A stretch of 64,000 nt of DNA from Balanoglossus misakiensis (GCA_040954595.2 CM082577.2:3968305-4032304), one strand, 5' to 3'; shown: positions 39,601 through 53,637, numbered from the stretch's first letter. Made by a program: numbers and translations. The notes: generated by a model not told the origin, from the letters alone.

Positions 39601-42031
39601 GTAGCAGTGTTCCAAGTAATTGCACCATTCACTGTTCCAAACTACCGGTAATGTGGTAAGTTTATGGTGTTGAAAATGTCAAGGCCCAACATTTTGGAGA
39701 AGGAATGGGTAACCAATACACTCTTTTCAAAAGTCCAGCACCATTATGCAGCCATCTTGAATTTGAACTCAAAGCGAGGCCAATGGGGAAAATCCATTGA
39801 TGTGATTGGTCGATCTTCCCCATTGGCCTCACTTTGAGTTCAAATTCATGATGGCTGCGTGAGGGCACTAGACTTTAATGAGAAGGGTGTATGAATGAAC
39901 TACTCTCCCATCTTGGAAGGAAGTCCAAATCACTACAGCTTCAACCTGCGGCAAACTGTCAGTACAAATGTTTAAGTGGACACTTTACTTTTCAACGGGC
40001 ACATATCTGTACACTACCCATCACTGTGCCAACTAAACACACAACCTTCCAGCATCCCAGACCTACACCTGGACAAGTGTGAAGATACAACACCCAAAAA
40101 CAATGCTTATATCCTAATCCACAACTACCAAGAAAAGTTACATCATAAAATGTAGAAAAATATTTTTTTTTCAAACTTTTTTTCTTCTGGTAGCATTACC
40201 ACTACAAGTTTTAGTTTTTTATGTCTAAATTTGCACACAGCATATTTTCTACACAAACACCTACAACGTCGACCAGTATAAGCAGTGAAGCTATGAATAA
40301 AGAGTATCACACTATTAAACAAAAAAAGGCAATATTTACAAAGGGGCATTTTATAAAGAACAAGTTTTATCAATGCCTTGTCTTGTCTTGTTTGGTTATA
40401 TATATGTACAATATGGTCAAAAATCTTTAGAGTTTATATAATACAAGTCCAATATTTACAGTGATTTAGGGTCTTTTGAAGGAGTCATGCAACAGTAAGA
40501 AGTTTTCTGAATGTTTCACATAGTCCTAAAATATATGACAAGGCCTGGTTTGATTTACTCTGTGAAACTAAAACCTGACCTACCTTTCATAACTACCAAA
40601 CACAAGACACAATATTGCAAGCACTACTTTTTTGTCCTTTTTGTAGCTTTTTACTATTTTTTTCAGTAATTTTAATTCTATTTTTTTGGCTTTCTTTTCA
40701 TTTAGTTTTCATTTTAACTTTCAAAGTTAGTGAAATTAATGAAAAAATGTTAAACTAGACTGATTCCACTCCAAACAGAATAAGAAATTTCAGTATATCT
40801 TCAAAAAGAATTCACGAAATCACCATCATTTACAAATGACCAACACTACTTCAGAAATTTGACATGAAAATCTAACAAGAACACCACCTGGAAGGTTTTT
40901 TTTCCCCTCATCTCTCTTCAATTGAGTTGTTCACATTTCTTGAATCAATAATCACATTTTGCACCAGTTCAATTTAAGTGATTTCTATGATCACACTGTC
41001 AAAAAATACTATTAGTGTGAACACATACAGAACAAACACTTTTTAAAAAAAAACACCAGTAAATTAAACACACCAAAATCTATTTTTAGTCTAACCACCA
41101 AAACAATGTTAAGATCTACGATCTTTTCGGCTAGTATCACGCAAATATATACAATGAGATAGAAAGGTCATCTTTTGATGTGTAAGAAATATCTTTTTTT
41201 TTCTCTCAGTGTCATCAACTCTCTTGACACTAGAACAATGGTAAACACCACTTTTGTCTTCCAGCATATTTACATATGATAAGCTACATCCCGATGTGGC
41301 CAAAAAATCATCTTCAGAACGAGAATCTCTAGAAATATAAATACACCCTACAATTTTTCTCCAGCACCATTTTTGTTGCCATACCCAGTTTTGATAGGAA
41401 ATATTTTTTTTTTCAAAACCAAAACACCTAGCAGAATATGAGAACTAAATAACTACATGTATATAACAATCTTATTTACAGCTATATAATAGTACTATGA
41501 CACCATGTCAGTTCATAACCATTTTTTTTCTCCAGATGGGTTCTTTGGTGCGTTTTTTTTTGTGGTTATATTTCTATTTTGTATTTTTTTTAGTTTTTTT
41601 TTTACCATTTTCCCCTACTTTTTTCATACGGGATTACTCACTGGCAAATGTTGAGCACACGAGTAGTTACAAAGAGATTGGAAAATTATATATTCATGTC
41701 AAAATAAAGGATATAGAAATGACGATATAAAGTGAAGGCAGAGTGCATTATCGATATTTACAGTGACATAACGGCGAATTAGTGTTAAACACCTCTATGA
41801 TCTGGTATCAAATGATGGCATTCACGGTAATCTGAAAATTGCCACTGTCAGATGAGTGGTTGATACCGTTTCCACCATACCACATTTGCAACAGACCATG
41901 GCAAGTGAGTGACTATCATCAAAATGGTACAACTTCACAGGATTCTGACAAATCCGTTGTTACAGTCGCAGTGTGCGAAAATGGAACAAACAGTGGTACT
42001 GTTATCTTCCAACCTGTACGTCTTGTTGCTT

Positions 42032-45000
42032 TCAATTGAAATACGAGTAATATCCGTCGTTGTTTGACCTGATGTTCAAGTCTTTGATCAGCGAGAGTGG
42101 ATCCGGGGACGCAGTCTTCCGTTCGTCCGCCACCGGTTTCGGCTTGGGTTTGGGAGGTGCCCGCAATGCGCTTGCGTAGGACATGCCCGCCGGCGTCTTG
42201 ATGTCTTGCTTGGCAGACTGGCCCGGTTGCTGGCCGGTGGGACTTGTGGTGGCGTCCTGTGGGTGCGGTGGCGACGTGGGCACTCCCATTACGCTGGCCG
42301 GGTTGCTGCCCAGCGGCTGGGACATGGGCGACAGCGGCTGGTTGTACAGCCGGTTCTGCATCATGCTCTGCTGGTAGTTCTCCGGTGTCGCTTGTTGAAA
42401 CGCTTGTTGCTGCTGCTGGTCTTGTTGCTGCTGTTGCATCTGCTGTTGTTGTTGTTGCTGCTGCTGTTGCTGCCACATTCTGTACGCTGGCGAGTTTCTC
42501 TCACTTTGCCTCTCATACAGGGGGGTGCTGCGCCCTGTCGTCGACGACATTCCGACCAGTGGTGACTTGGCGTCCACAGTTCCCATGTTTGTTGGCTGAC
42601 GCTGTGAACGCACGTCACCACTGCCGGGCTGCGGTGGATTGGTCCAGTGCAGGGGGCTGTCATTCCATCCACTGTTTGGCTGATTCCACTCACTGTCATC
42701 CACAGGGGGCGCCGCGTTAGCACCGCCCCACCTTTCACTCTTCTGTTGCAACTGGTCTCTGGGCGACACGTTTGGCATGTTGCCGGCAGATGCAGCCGCC
42801 TTGATGCGCTGCATTCTCTCCAACATGGCCAGTTCCGCTGTTCTGTTAGCCTGTCCCTGCTGCTGCTGCATCATACCACTTTGCAGATTGCCGGCAGATG
42901 CCCCTTGCTGCAGCTGACCGCCGCCGGCCGCACCACCACCAGCAGCAGCAGATGGGCTGTTGAAGTTCTGCATATTACTCAAGACTCTCTGCACAGATTG
43001 GTTGTCCTGATGTCTCACAGCCTGGGGGGTTCCCGCAGCACCCATCTGACCTACACCCTGACCTTGACCCACACCACCCTGGCCCTGACCGGCCATGGCC
43101 TTGCTGGCCGCAAGCACCTGTTGCTGCTGCTGCTCCAACCACTGCTGGACAAAGAACTGCTGCTGGTCGAACCCCTGGCGACCTTTCTGCTGCAGGTGCT
43201 CCTGAAGAAGCTTGGACTGCAGCGGGTGCATCAACTGCTGCTGTTGTTGTTGCTGCTGCTGATGCTGTTCTATCCTGGCTTGTTCCCTGGCTAGAAGGTT
43301 GGCGTTCTGCACCTTCTGGGCGGCCATGAAGTGGTTGGCGTATTCCAACCCCCTCGTCCTCACCAAATACTTGTACTCTTCCTGTAGTTGCCTTTCTTTC
43401 ATTTTGGCCAGAACTTCATCCTTGTTCTCGCCCACACCCTGCATTGCCTGCTTTCCGTCCTTGCCTCCTCCAATCCTCCCTGCTAGACCCTGTGTTTCTA
43501 GTTTCTGCTTCTCTGCGTCTTTGTTGCCCTGAGTTTTGTCTGGCTGTAGTTGTTGCTGCTGCGGCTGGAAGAGCTGCTGCGATTGTTGCTGCTGCTGCGT
43601 CAGCTGCGGTGGCGAAGTCTGAGCACCCACATTCACCCCTGTTGGAGACATCTGATGCATCATCAGATAATTCATTCCGTACTGCTGCAGCCGCTGTGGG
43701 TACGCATACGCGGGATCAATGTACGGCTGCATGACTTGGCCGTTCGGCAGAAATCGCAGCGGCACCGGCATGTACACGCCCGGGTTGTACATACTGGGCA
43801 TGTACACATAGCTCATCCCAGTGTGCGGATCTATCCGGTGGACAGGACTGGCCGGTCGCACCAAATTGCTGCCACCCTTCGGCAAGAAGGAGGCGGCGCC
43901 AAACGGCCTGGCTCCGGCCATGGAACCGCCCGCAACACCCTGCGCTTGTCCCGTCTGAAAGGTGTGCCCCCTGGCTCCGTCAACAAGACTTCCGGTTCCC
44001 CCTGCGATGGCTCCGGAACCCTGGATGAACGGCATGCCGACCATCTGTGCCCTCAGCGCCCTGGGAATGAACTCTGGAGCCAGGGGATTCAGAGTGTAGG
44101 TCTTCTTCAGTTCCACACCGTCCAGTTGTGACCTGATGCTGCTGTACGTGATGCCGTGCAGACTTTTGTTCTCGTTGCAAATGCTGATGAACTGCTCCCA
44201 CAGTTTTCTGAAAGAGCGAAATGATAATTATAATATCGTGAACATTTCTTGTTGCAAAAAATTACCAGTTTATAGTAATAGGCCTAGCTGTGGCAACTGA
44301 CTTTTGATTTCTGCAAACCTTGACTGTGTGAAACACCAATGACTGGTCTACAATCTGCAATGACCCCACAGCTTATGAATATTCATAATCAACGAGGTCA
44401 GGGGTGTTCTTGCGCATGCGTTCTGCTAATAAGCACAAAATACTGCAACTATTAAAGGATAAGACTCCTTACCTGCACTTGCCAACAGAACAGAGGGAGA
44501 TTGGATCTCCAACCACCGCAACCAGTGACTGAGCCCTCGTAATGGCAGTGTTGAGTAGTTTAGCATCGGAGAGGAATCCGTAGTTGACATCATCGTCGTC
44601 GTCAGTCTCGCTGCCCTGGCTCTGTCCTTTACTGGGCTTCCTCTTTCTCTGCTGCTTACATGTGTTTCTTGTGCGTACTGTACTGATAAACAGTACCCGG
44701 AATTGTTTACCTGTCAACAAACAAGTACAAACAACTGTTTACCTGTCAACAACAAAGTACCAACAATTGTTCACCTGTCAACAAACAAGTAGCAACAATT
44801 GTTAAACAAAACATCTGGAATTGTTTCAATATTTTTGTCCACTGGATATGGGTCGCAAATTTACAGCACTACATACAAACATCATGCAAACAACAATGTA
44901 TGGATAACAGCTGATAATTTGGTTCTTACCCTGAACGTTAAGAACTCTCTCTACGTCGACACCAAACAGTCTCCTTTTCCTCAATTCTGACCTGATCCGG

Positions 45001-48000
45001 AACACTTGATCTGCATATGGGGTGACCACCCCAATATGTCTGACGTCAAGTGCACCCCATTCAACTGGCCACATCTTCTGCAATTCATCTACTCTTTCTA
45101 CTACTTCAAATACCTGTGTGGGTGACAAAATCAGTTTGAGGATGGTTAGTCCCTAGATATTTACCGAAACCCTATCCCCCCACCTTGCCACCAATTGGTC
45201 CGTAGGAAATCAGTGTTTGGGGGGTTAAAATTCAGTGGGTAACTGTCCAAAAACCGACTGAAACGGCAAACACTGGATTTTGAAAACATTCGGCCAACAG
45301 CGTTACTGTAAGCATAATTTGAGTACATGGTTTAACCCTTTCACCACCATGGTTCAGTCCAAATCCATTGTTTTCTATGGTATGGTTGGACCTCTCTAAA
45401 GAGGGAACTGGGGGTGAAAGGGTTTAACTGCTATTAACTGTTAATGAAATCTACATCTACTACATCTTACCTCAGCATTGTTGTAAAATGATGTGCTATT
45501 CTTGTCTTGCACATCCTCCCCTCTGGCAGTAAAGAAAGTCAAGGGATGGAATTTGGGGTGTGGTGGCTGTTTGCCACTGGCTAGTAGTCGGCCCTCATAA
45601 AACAACCTGGACGTGTAATCCACAATGGCGTCATGGGAGCGGTAGTTTTCACAAAGCATAATCTTGCAGGAGTGTTCTTGTGGGTAGTATTCAAATAATC
45701 TCTCTAGAAGAGACACATGGAGACTGCGTTCCCGCGCAAACTCCGAGTATACCTCTGGACTCAACTGTAATAAACAAGGAAAATCTGATTAACAAGTGAC
45801 AAATTTTATTGGGTGCAAAATATTCTACCTACATTTTAACTGGAGTGCTCTACAAGTGAACTCTAACATACTTTCTTAGCGATTTGTGTGGGTTTGTTTG
45901 AGTTATTTGATAAAATGCTGAAAATTGATGGCAGCTACAGGAACGCAAAATGGAATAATCTTATTCAATTGGACACCAAATCATTTCCCCCCAAGTTCAT
46001 TCTGGACTGAAACTAGATCTTACCTGCATATGGTCTCCTGCTAGTACTATCCTAGTTTGATCTGATGCTAAGGCTAAAGGCATGATTGTTTCACACTCCA
46101 TGGCTTGGGCGGCTTCATCAAGCAGTACGTGTGTGAAGAAACCTGTGGAGGTCAAATACGGATGGATGAATTGGTCGTGGCTTGAGGAGACATGTAACAT
46201 TCGGTTTACAATTGTGTTTTGTGGCCATGCACACAGAGCACAGATGGTGCATGTGGTGTTTGTCACAACACAACAAGACACAATGCAGCCACAGTGAACA
46301 CTTTTGTGGAACAGAATGGAAACACAGACACTGACAGGATTCAAACACTGTTGATTTCTCTCACCTTGCTCTAAGTCTAAATGGCTGAGATAGCGAGATG
46401 TACTGAGAGTTGCCACGACAACACGGTGTTTCAGAACATCCTCTTTGGTCGGCATGTAGAAGGCACCGTCTTTGATGAGACAGTAGTTTTGGACCTCTTT
46501 CTTGACCGTTCTGACCCACCGATCCTTGAAGTAGATACGCAGTGGCTTGGCTTCGCTGTGACCTTCCTCTACGTAGGAATGTAGGTAATCACTGATGTAC
46601 AAATCTGCAGCACTGTGAAATCAAGAGAAAAAAACACCACCATTTTGAAGTCTGAGAGGATTGACGCTTACTTTGCCTCACATGGCCACCCACTGAAAAT
46701 ATGCGATTGGCTGCATCTCAACTTTCCACGGTCAACGTGGCTAGATTTGCACAAGAGGATGTATACCTTTAACCATGGGTTGGTACCAGGGTTGCAATTA
46801 ACCCATGCTGCAATATCTCAATTTACCAAACACTGATAACAAATTGAAACAACTAACACAGCTAGGAAATGCCATTGTACTCAAAACATGAGTTCTACTT
46901 GAAAACAAAGTTTTCCACTCACCTATTGGAGTGCGTACAAATGAGTATCCTTGTGTTGGGTTGATATAAGATAAGTTTAGTTGCCTGAGCTATGGTAAAT
47001 GTCTTGCCTGTTCCAAACGGGCCAATAACTAAGATGGGTGGGACTTTGATGTCTAATGGCGTGGTCATGGCTATCACTGCTTCTTTCTGCTTGGCATTCA
47101 ACCTGGTGTCAAGCTGCTCACTCCACTGTCTGTGATAGAAAGAAATTCGGTGTGATTCAGTGAATCGTCACATTTTGAGGGTATTAGATTTCAGTTTGTA
47201 TGTGATGTTTGAAAGTACAGGATGCATGCATACATACATGTACATACATGCATGTATATACATGTATATGTATATGTGTGTGTGTGTGTGTGTGTTAGTG
47301 CGTGTGCTTGCATGCATGTGTGACTGTGAGATAGATAAAGAGCGCACGTATATGTTTCACTTACCTGTGGGGAGCCCATGGAATGTTGGGTGGTACTATG
47401 GTGTCTGGGAAAACTATCTCAAGGTCGGGTATCTTGTCCACAGCATAGTGCATCTCACATATAGGAAGTCTGCAATACCACAAGTGTACATGCAATGTTA
47501 ACAGACGGAAAGCAACTCTTCAATTTGCTAAACAGTGATTCTTAGTGTGTCATCAAACTTTTATTAATATTCTAAAATCAACAACACTTGCATCTATCTA
47601 TAACAGCCAAACCAAGAACCAACCACATTTGATAGTTGAAACTTTAGTTCTGATGTATGCATCCTCTTTTTGACAAGTGTTTATTGGACATCCAATATGT
47701 CCTTTAAATACCCACTTGAACTTTTAACAGTTTAGCAAAAGATTCTGTAAGTACCAAAGCACAAGCAATTAATACGCCACACACACTGCTAAGGCAATGC
47801 ATAACATGAATAATGTGGATGCTTCACAAACTCAAAGCCCAGCCTTTTCGAAACCAAGCCTCAAAATGACCATACGGTTTCTGAGATGAACACCGACCTG
47901 TTGAGTTGGAACTGCACTTCAGATTTCCACTCTGTGTCCTTCTTCAGTTTGAGAGTGTCCACGCACTTTTTAGGCAGCCGGAGGAAGATGAAGCCTCTGC

Positions 48001-51000
48001 CTTTCTCCTCCACGGCCGCCTCGTACACAATGTCCGATGTCCGCGGAGCAGCGCTGCCCAGCAACACTGTGGTGCAACTGTTCAGAATGAGTCTGCCACC
48101 AGGGGTCTGGTCCGACAAGTCGTCATTCAGTCGCATCTGGGCGAACAGTTCACCGTCCACTGCGTACTTAGCGCCCGTCATCTTCCCGGGCAGGAGTAGA
48201 AAGCTGGATACCAACTGAAGTGTCGTCTTAACGTTGTACCTGAGAAATGGCATGATATGGAATCAGAATGAGACGACAATGAAGACTGAGAGTTACTGCC
48301 ACCCTTCTCCATTTTGCTCATTAAAGATTTCTCAATCTGTTGTTCTCCCTTGATGTATACTGTACTCTAAACACTGATCTCATCTTAGATAGTGGTAAAC
48401 AAAACAAACCAAGTAGCTAGAGTACTCACTTGCTCATATGTTTAAACTGGGCCATTTCTTCAATGTTAAGTAAGTCGTGCATTCGAGCCCTGTAACTGTT
48501 CTGTGTCAGGTTCTTCTGCAGAACTGTCTGGCTGATGTTCTTGTCCGATGGCGTTGGCTGCGTGTAGAAAGACAGCAGGCCCTTGTCCTTGTCTGTGGAG
48601 GCCATCAGCGGCGGTTCATAGTTCAGAATGGTCTTATTGCTTCGGTCCCACCTTTCCGTCGTACAGAGGATGGTGTCAAGAGCGTCATCCAGTTGTTTTT
48701 GGTCCGACGGCGAGACGGCGTCCACGCACACCCTCTTCATCAGCACCGGCTCAGAACCGAAATCAAACACGATCGACTGTCGGAATGTACCAAAGATTTC
48801 CGAGGTGAAGGCCAGCTTCACCCGGTACAGGCGTTCCGAGCTCTTGACGTTATTGTTGTTGTTGTTTTTTGTCTGTACCCACTCCTGGCAATTTGGGGAA
48901 ACCTCCTGTTGTGTCTGTCGTTTACTGTCACCGAATGATATGTTAGTTATACAGAAGTGAGAGCGGTGAATATCGTACAAAAGTGCTACTCTACTCAGTT
49001 GTCTGGGTGCCTGTGGAAGAGAAGAAAACAAACAAAAGGTAACAAAACATAAGAAAGAAAATGAACCGCAAGAGAAGCAAGTCATATAGCAACTTTCATG
49101 TCCACTTTAAAGTTTCATAACTTTTGCGACAAATACTTTATTTGACAACAATTTCAGAAGATCTTAAAGATGACAAGTGTTGCCATCCTTGACAAGGGTG
49201 CTTACCTTGCAGTGAAGTGTATATGTCCAAACATGAGAGGACTTCTTGGAGCTAACTGTTACATTGTTGTCTGAATTGACTGTGATCTTTACATCATCTA
49301 GGGACTCCGTCAGCTGAGAATTTGACAGAAAATGGAATTTATACTGGGTACAGCATGATATTGATTACTGCACTAGTGTTTTATATAGGTGATCCCCAAC
49401 ACACAAACAATACTTTGTGGTAATGGTGAATGGTAAAGATGGGAAACACAGGAAAAAGGCAAATGCAGATAATGCATAAAACAATATAAACTATTAATAT
49501 ACTTGAATCAAAGCTGACTTTGTTTGAAAGAATCAGAAGATAATGTCAAATGAGGGACAGAATGTTTTAGAATTACACCCCCAAATGAGATGGATTTGAC
49601 ACTGTCAATTCCAAGCCATTGATGATATGTGGTTTTATTAAAATGCAATTTTCAGAGGAACCTACCACATTCAAAGGAGTTGGTGAGTTCATCCATTTCT
49701 CTAAGATCTGTTCTGAATAACTTATGCCATGCAGCTTCTTTTCTCTTGCTCTCTGCATTTTCATCTGTCTGTATTTATACCTCTCCTTCCACTCTGAAAG
49801 TTCGTCTTCTGAATGTGCCGAGGTGCACTGGTCAGCAAATCTACACTTGGGAAACCTGAAGATGACACAAAATCAAAAATATCAGCCAAAAGCATCACAC
49901 TAGAATTTTTTTTAAATTCCTCTAAAATGGATTCTTGTACTGAATGCAAAATGGATTGCTGTGTTGTTTTGTGTTGTAGCATAGCAAAGTTTTTGGTTCA
50001 TATTTTGCGCTAGTAGCTCATGACAGTTGCTATTCCCTGGTTTAAAAATACACAATATTATTGGCATGTACAGAGATTTAACAACATATTTTTCATTTGA
50101 CTGACCTGCTACAAAGGGTGTATTCGTCGCACGTGACTCCGCGAGGCGGCGGCCGATGTTTCCAGTCTCGTCCATCATCCGACATGATGATGGACTGATG
50201 ACTTTCACTGGTGCAGTGCAGGTGAAGGTCCACTTGAGTTGAACATTGCACATTACAATAGGAGCAATAAAGTGAAGAATCTGAAAGACATAAAAATGCA
50301 CAATTTCCATTTTCCATTATATGACAAAAAGAGCTTTCAATTTTGTTTTAGTCTGTAAGACAATGCTGCCAAATTCATCAACGTCCACAACTAACAGAGC
50401 AAATCTGAGAACAAAAGATAGCTGCAAGCAGCGATGACGGGCCCAAGCTTAAGCCGAAGGTCAAAGGTCATAAGTGGTCACCCAAAATTTGGGCAAGAAC
50501 TTTTGACCCCATACTGGTCCATGTCCCACAAGAACAAAATCTCTAGCCCTATTGGTTCGCCTACAATTATGTATGTGCATAATTAATGAGGTAAAGTGTA
50601 AGGCTCCATCAGGAGTTCCATCCCTCCAAATGCCAAGGCTGTAGCTGCTGTGCATGCCGAGATATGGTAAAGTAGGTCAAAGGTCACCTGAGGTCACCCA
50701 AAATTTGGGCAAGAAATTTTGACCCCATACTGGTTCATGTTCAGCAAAAATCAAACCTCTAGTCCTATTGGTTGGCCTGGAATTAGGTATGCACATAATT
50801 AATGAGATAAGCAGGTGTCACAGGTGACCCTCAATTTTGGCTTTTAAATTTTAATCCCAACCCTCCAAACGCCAAGTCTGTACCTGCTCTGGATGCCGAG
50901 ATATAGGAAAGTAGGTCAAAGGTCACCTGAGGTCACCCAAAATTTGGGCAATTTTTTTTACCCTATACTGGTCCATGTCCCACAAGCACAAAACCTCTAG

Positions 51001-53637
51001 CCCTATTAGTTAGCCCAGAATTAGGTATGCACATAATTAATGAGTTAAGCAGGTGTTACAGGTGAGCCCAAAATTTTGCCTTTTATTTTGGTCCCATTTT
51101 GCTCACGGGCCAATAGAGAATCACAGTACAGGACCATTGCACAGATGTGGACATAGCATCATAGCTTAACTATAGAAAGTATAGGCCTATGGCTGGGTCC
51201 AAAAAATATGAAATATAATATTTAAAAATCTTCTTCTCAAAATTGACTTGGCCCAGAGCCTTGAAATTTAGCATGTAGGACACTGACCATATGGTCCGCA
51301 AAATGATTGCACAGAATTTTGATATCGTCATTCATATGCAAATTAGGCCCATTTGAAAACTTTGCCCATATATGGTCATCAGGTCATGTGACTAATTACA
51401 CATTCACGAGGGTACTGCACGAGCTCTCATAGACCTGCACCATTGTGCCAAGTTTGAGATTTGTAGGTTCAGCCGTTTTCAAGATCTACCTGAGCAAAAA
51501 AACTACACAAGAAAAAAAAAAAAAAAAAAAAGATGAAAAACCCCAGTAATACCAATAGGGCACAAGCCTGTTTGGCTTGTGCCCTAATTAACAAACCTAA
51601 TCTAGTATAACTAACCAACACACAGCTATATCTCATCATCACATGCTTTTCCACAACGTAACATTTGCAAATGAAAACTGATAAGATTCCCCACCAAAGG
51701 CACAAAAATGGATTTTTCTCTCACCTGTACATTTAGACCTCTGATGTTTGCTACCACTACTTTTCTTCTTATGTACACTACCACTACTGGCTTGCTGTGG
51801 TGCCGGTGGTGATGTTGCGTTGCCCTTGGTCGATGGTGCTGTGTTGGCTGACTGATTCATACCTTCTGATGACTTGCGAGCTTCGTTATCCTCTAAACTA
51901 CTATTTAAGTCTTCTACATCGGCACCCTTCAGGTAAAAAACACCAATTATTTTCACATGAGTTTTCGAAGAAAAAAAATATGATTTGCAAGCAACTGAGA
52001 AAATCCTTGAATTTATGGGAAAAGGATATTTCATTTTTTCCCCTTACATGTTCTTTTTGCATGTTATAATCATCCTGCATTCTGGCACCTGTGAATATGA
52101 TGTCTGGCTTTCAGGTATTACTGGATACAGAGGCTTGCGAGAACACGTGGGTGGATTCGCCAGTTCGTGAAATGTCAACTGACAGTTAATGCATCATTCA
52201 CATTACGAAGACTCCTTTTTACTTGAGCCGCAACTTGATAAAAAAATTCAAGATTTAAATATAGTCTCGGATATGCTTTTAATTCTGTCTATTAAATGAT
52301 ATTGCCTGATAGTATATCAAGAAAACACTTATTTATGACAAAATGGCCCAAAATACCCACAATAAAAAAAAGGGTGAAATATTGCAATCAAAAATAAAAA
52401 TGTGATGTCTCAATGGAAAACAAAAACATCAGCCCACAGTTCCGTTCATGGGTAAATTTACAACTTCATTTCAAAACCAAGATTTAACTTTATAGGTCAT
52501 ACCTCCTCCTGTAAAGCATCTACTATCTTCTTAAGTCTATTTAACTCCTTTAAAGCTTGTGTATTCTGGAGGATAAGAAATTAAACAGAATAAGTATGTA
52601 TGCAGAGTAACTTCTTGTGAATTCAAGTTTTATTGCGAAACATTCAGTTTTGCTACAGCAAAAAATGAAAAAAAAAAACTGTTTTCTTTCAATGATAACA
52701 CTTCATTTAAAAACAAGCGCACACCTTATAATAGCTGATATTTTCTTTCAATCATAACATTTCATTTAAAAAAAGCAAGCTCACACCTAAAAATAGCTCT
52801 CAATCAAACAAGTTTCAGTTTGTCATTGTCTGTTCTATTTATGAGCTGAAAACAGACCTATACATATGCTAGTCATTGTAATATGTGTATGGTTTTCAAA
52901 GGAATGCAGTGTATAGTTAAATGGAACACAACATTTGACATAAAAGGTTCATTTTTTTCTTTAATTCTTCAACCCTGTTACTTCATAATTTGTTACTGTC
53001 TCCTGAATGTATGGGATAACAGCAGGGGATAACTGTGATAATAAACTCATTTTCTAAAACCTTTCTGGTGGTTGGCGAGGGAAAAAAGATGATAAAACAA
53101 CTTACCTCTGGTTCTAGATTTGACCATGCTTTTGCTACGTTGTGTGCCTCATTATATTTTCCTAATTTACTAAGTGCTACAGTTTTTCTGGACAGTGCCT
53201 TGCTGTTTTTATTGTCAGATAATGAAAGTATTGAATTGCAGTCTTCTATCAATTCGTCATATTGTTTCTGCAATGAAAGTGAAGACAGACTGTCAAGCAC
53301 AAAGTAAAACACACTACACAAACTTCATAATAGTTTTCATTGTCGAGGACACATACTGCAGAGAAATCATACGTTTTTCCTTCATTCGGGTCGTAAATGT
53401 AAAAAGTGTTGTTAGACTTACCAGTTTGAGATGACAGGTTGATCTACTTGTTAGGTATGATATCTGTACATCTAGATTACTACCATTGACACCTGTTCTT
53501 GTATTAGTACTACTGTTATTATTTCTTGGGGCAAGAGTCTCCAGTGCTTCCGTGTATGTCTTTGCAGCTTCATTGTATTGTTGTTTTTGGTATAGTTCGC
53601 TAGCTTTATCAGAGAGCTCCTTGTGCTTGCTTTCCAT
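42032..53637 (-). CDS. HELZ: Helicase with zinc finger (UPF1-like SF1 RNA helicase), about 17 coding exons
   Basis: ATG 53637 ([11 protein letters not shown]-like N-terminus); WKHRPPPRG; CCCH finger [17 protein letters not shown]; [18 protein letters not shown]; motif I GPFGTGKT; LICTHSN; LLDEAAQA; VLAGDHMQ; LCENYRSH; [13 protein letters not shown]; PAM2 [10 protein letters not shown]; Q-rich tail ending [13 protein letters not shown]...GYYSYFN* at 42032. Confidence 0.95.
44701..44805. repeat. 32-bp tandem repeat (about 3 copies) overlapping a HELZ splice acceptor
   Basis: ACCTGTCAACAA recurs at 44709, 44741, 44773. Confidence 0.85.
45336..45422 (+). mobile_element. piggyBac-like MITE copy in a HELZ intron
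   Basis: TTAA-CCCTTTCACCACCATGG...GGGAACTGGGGGTGAAAGGG-TTTAA, closely similar to 36584-36668. Confidence 0.8.
50413..51591 (-). mobile_element. Non-autonomous Helentron/HINE (DINE-1-like) element in a HELZ intron
   Basis: One end has a 13-bp stem TAGGGCACAAGCC/GGCTTGTGCCCTA (51556-51586); the other has subterminal GGGCCCAAGC (50439-50448) plus the small hairpin GCTGC-aa-GCAGC (50421-50432). Internal ~216-239 bp tandem units start at 50458, 50674, 50913; poly(A) tract near 51513; A/T-run termini. Confidence 0.7.
52682..52800. repeat. About 60-bp imperfect tandem duplication in a HELZ intron
   Basis: TTTTCTTTCAATxATAACAxTTCATTTAAAAA...CACACCT..AATAGCT occurs twice. Confidence 0.7.

Noticed and set aside
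41919-44131. Several long overlapping and antisense ORFs (Leu- or Ala/Thr-rich)
   Set aside because: Shadow frames of the GC- and CAG-rich last exon of HELZ.
44701-51080. Regularly spaced repeats as a CRISPR-like array
   Set aside because: Units are contiguous tandem copies without unique spacers, in eukaryotic introns with no cas genes.
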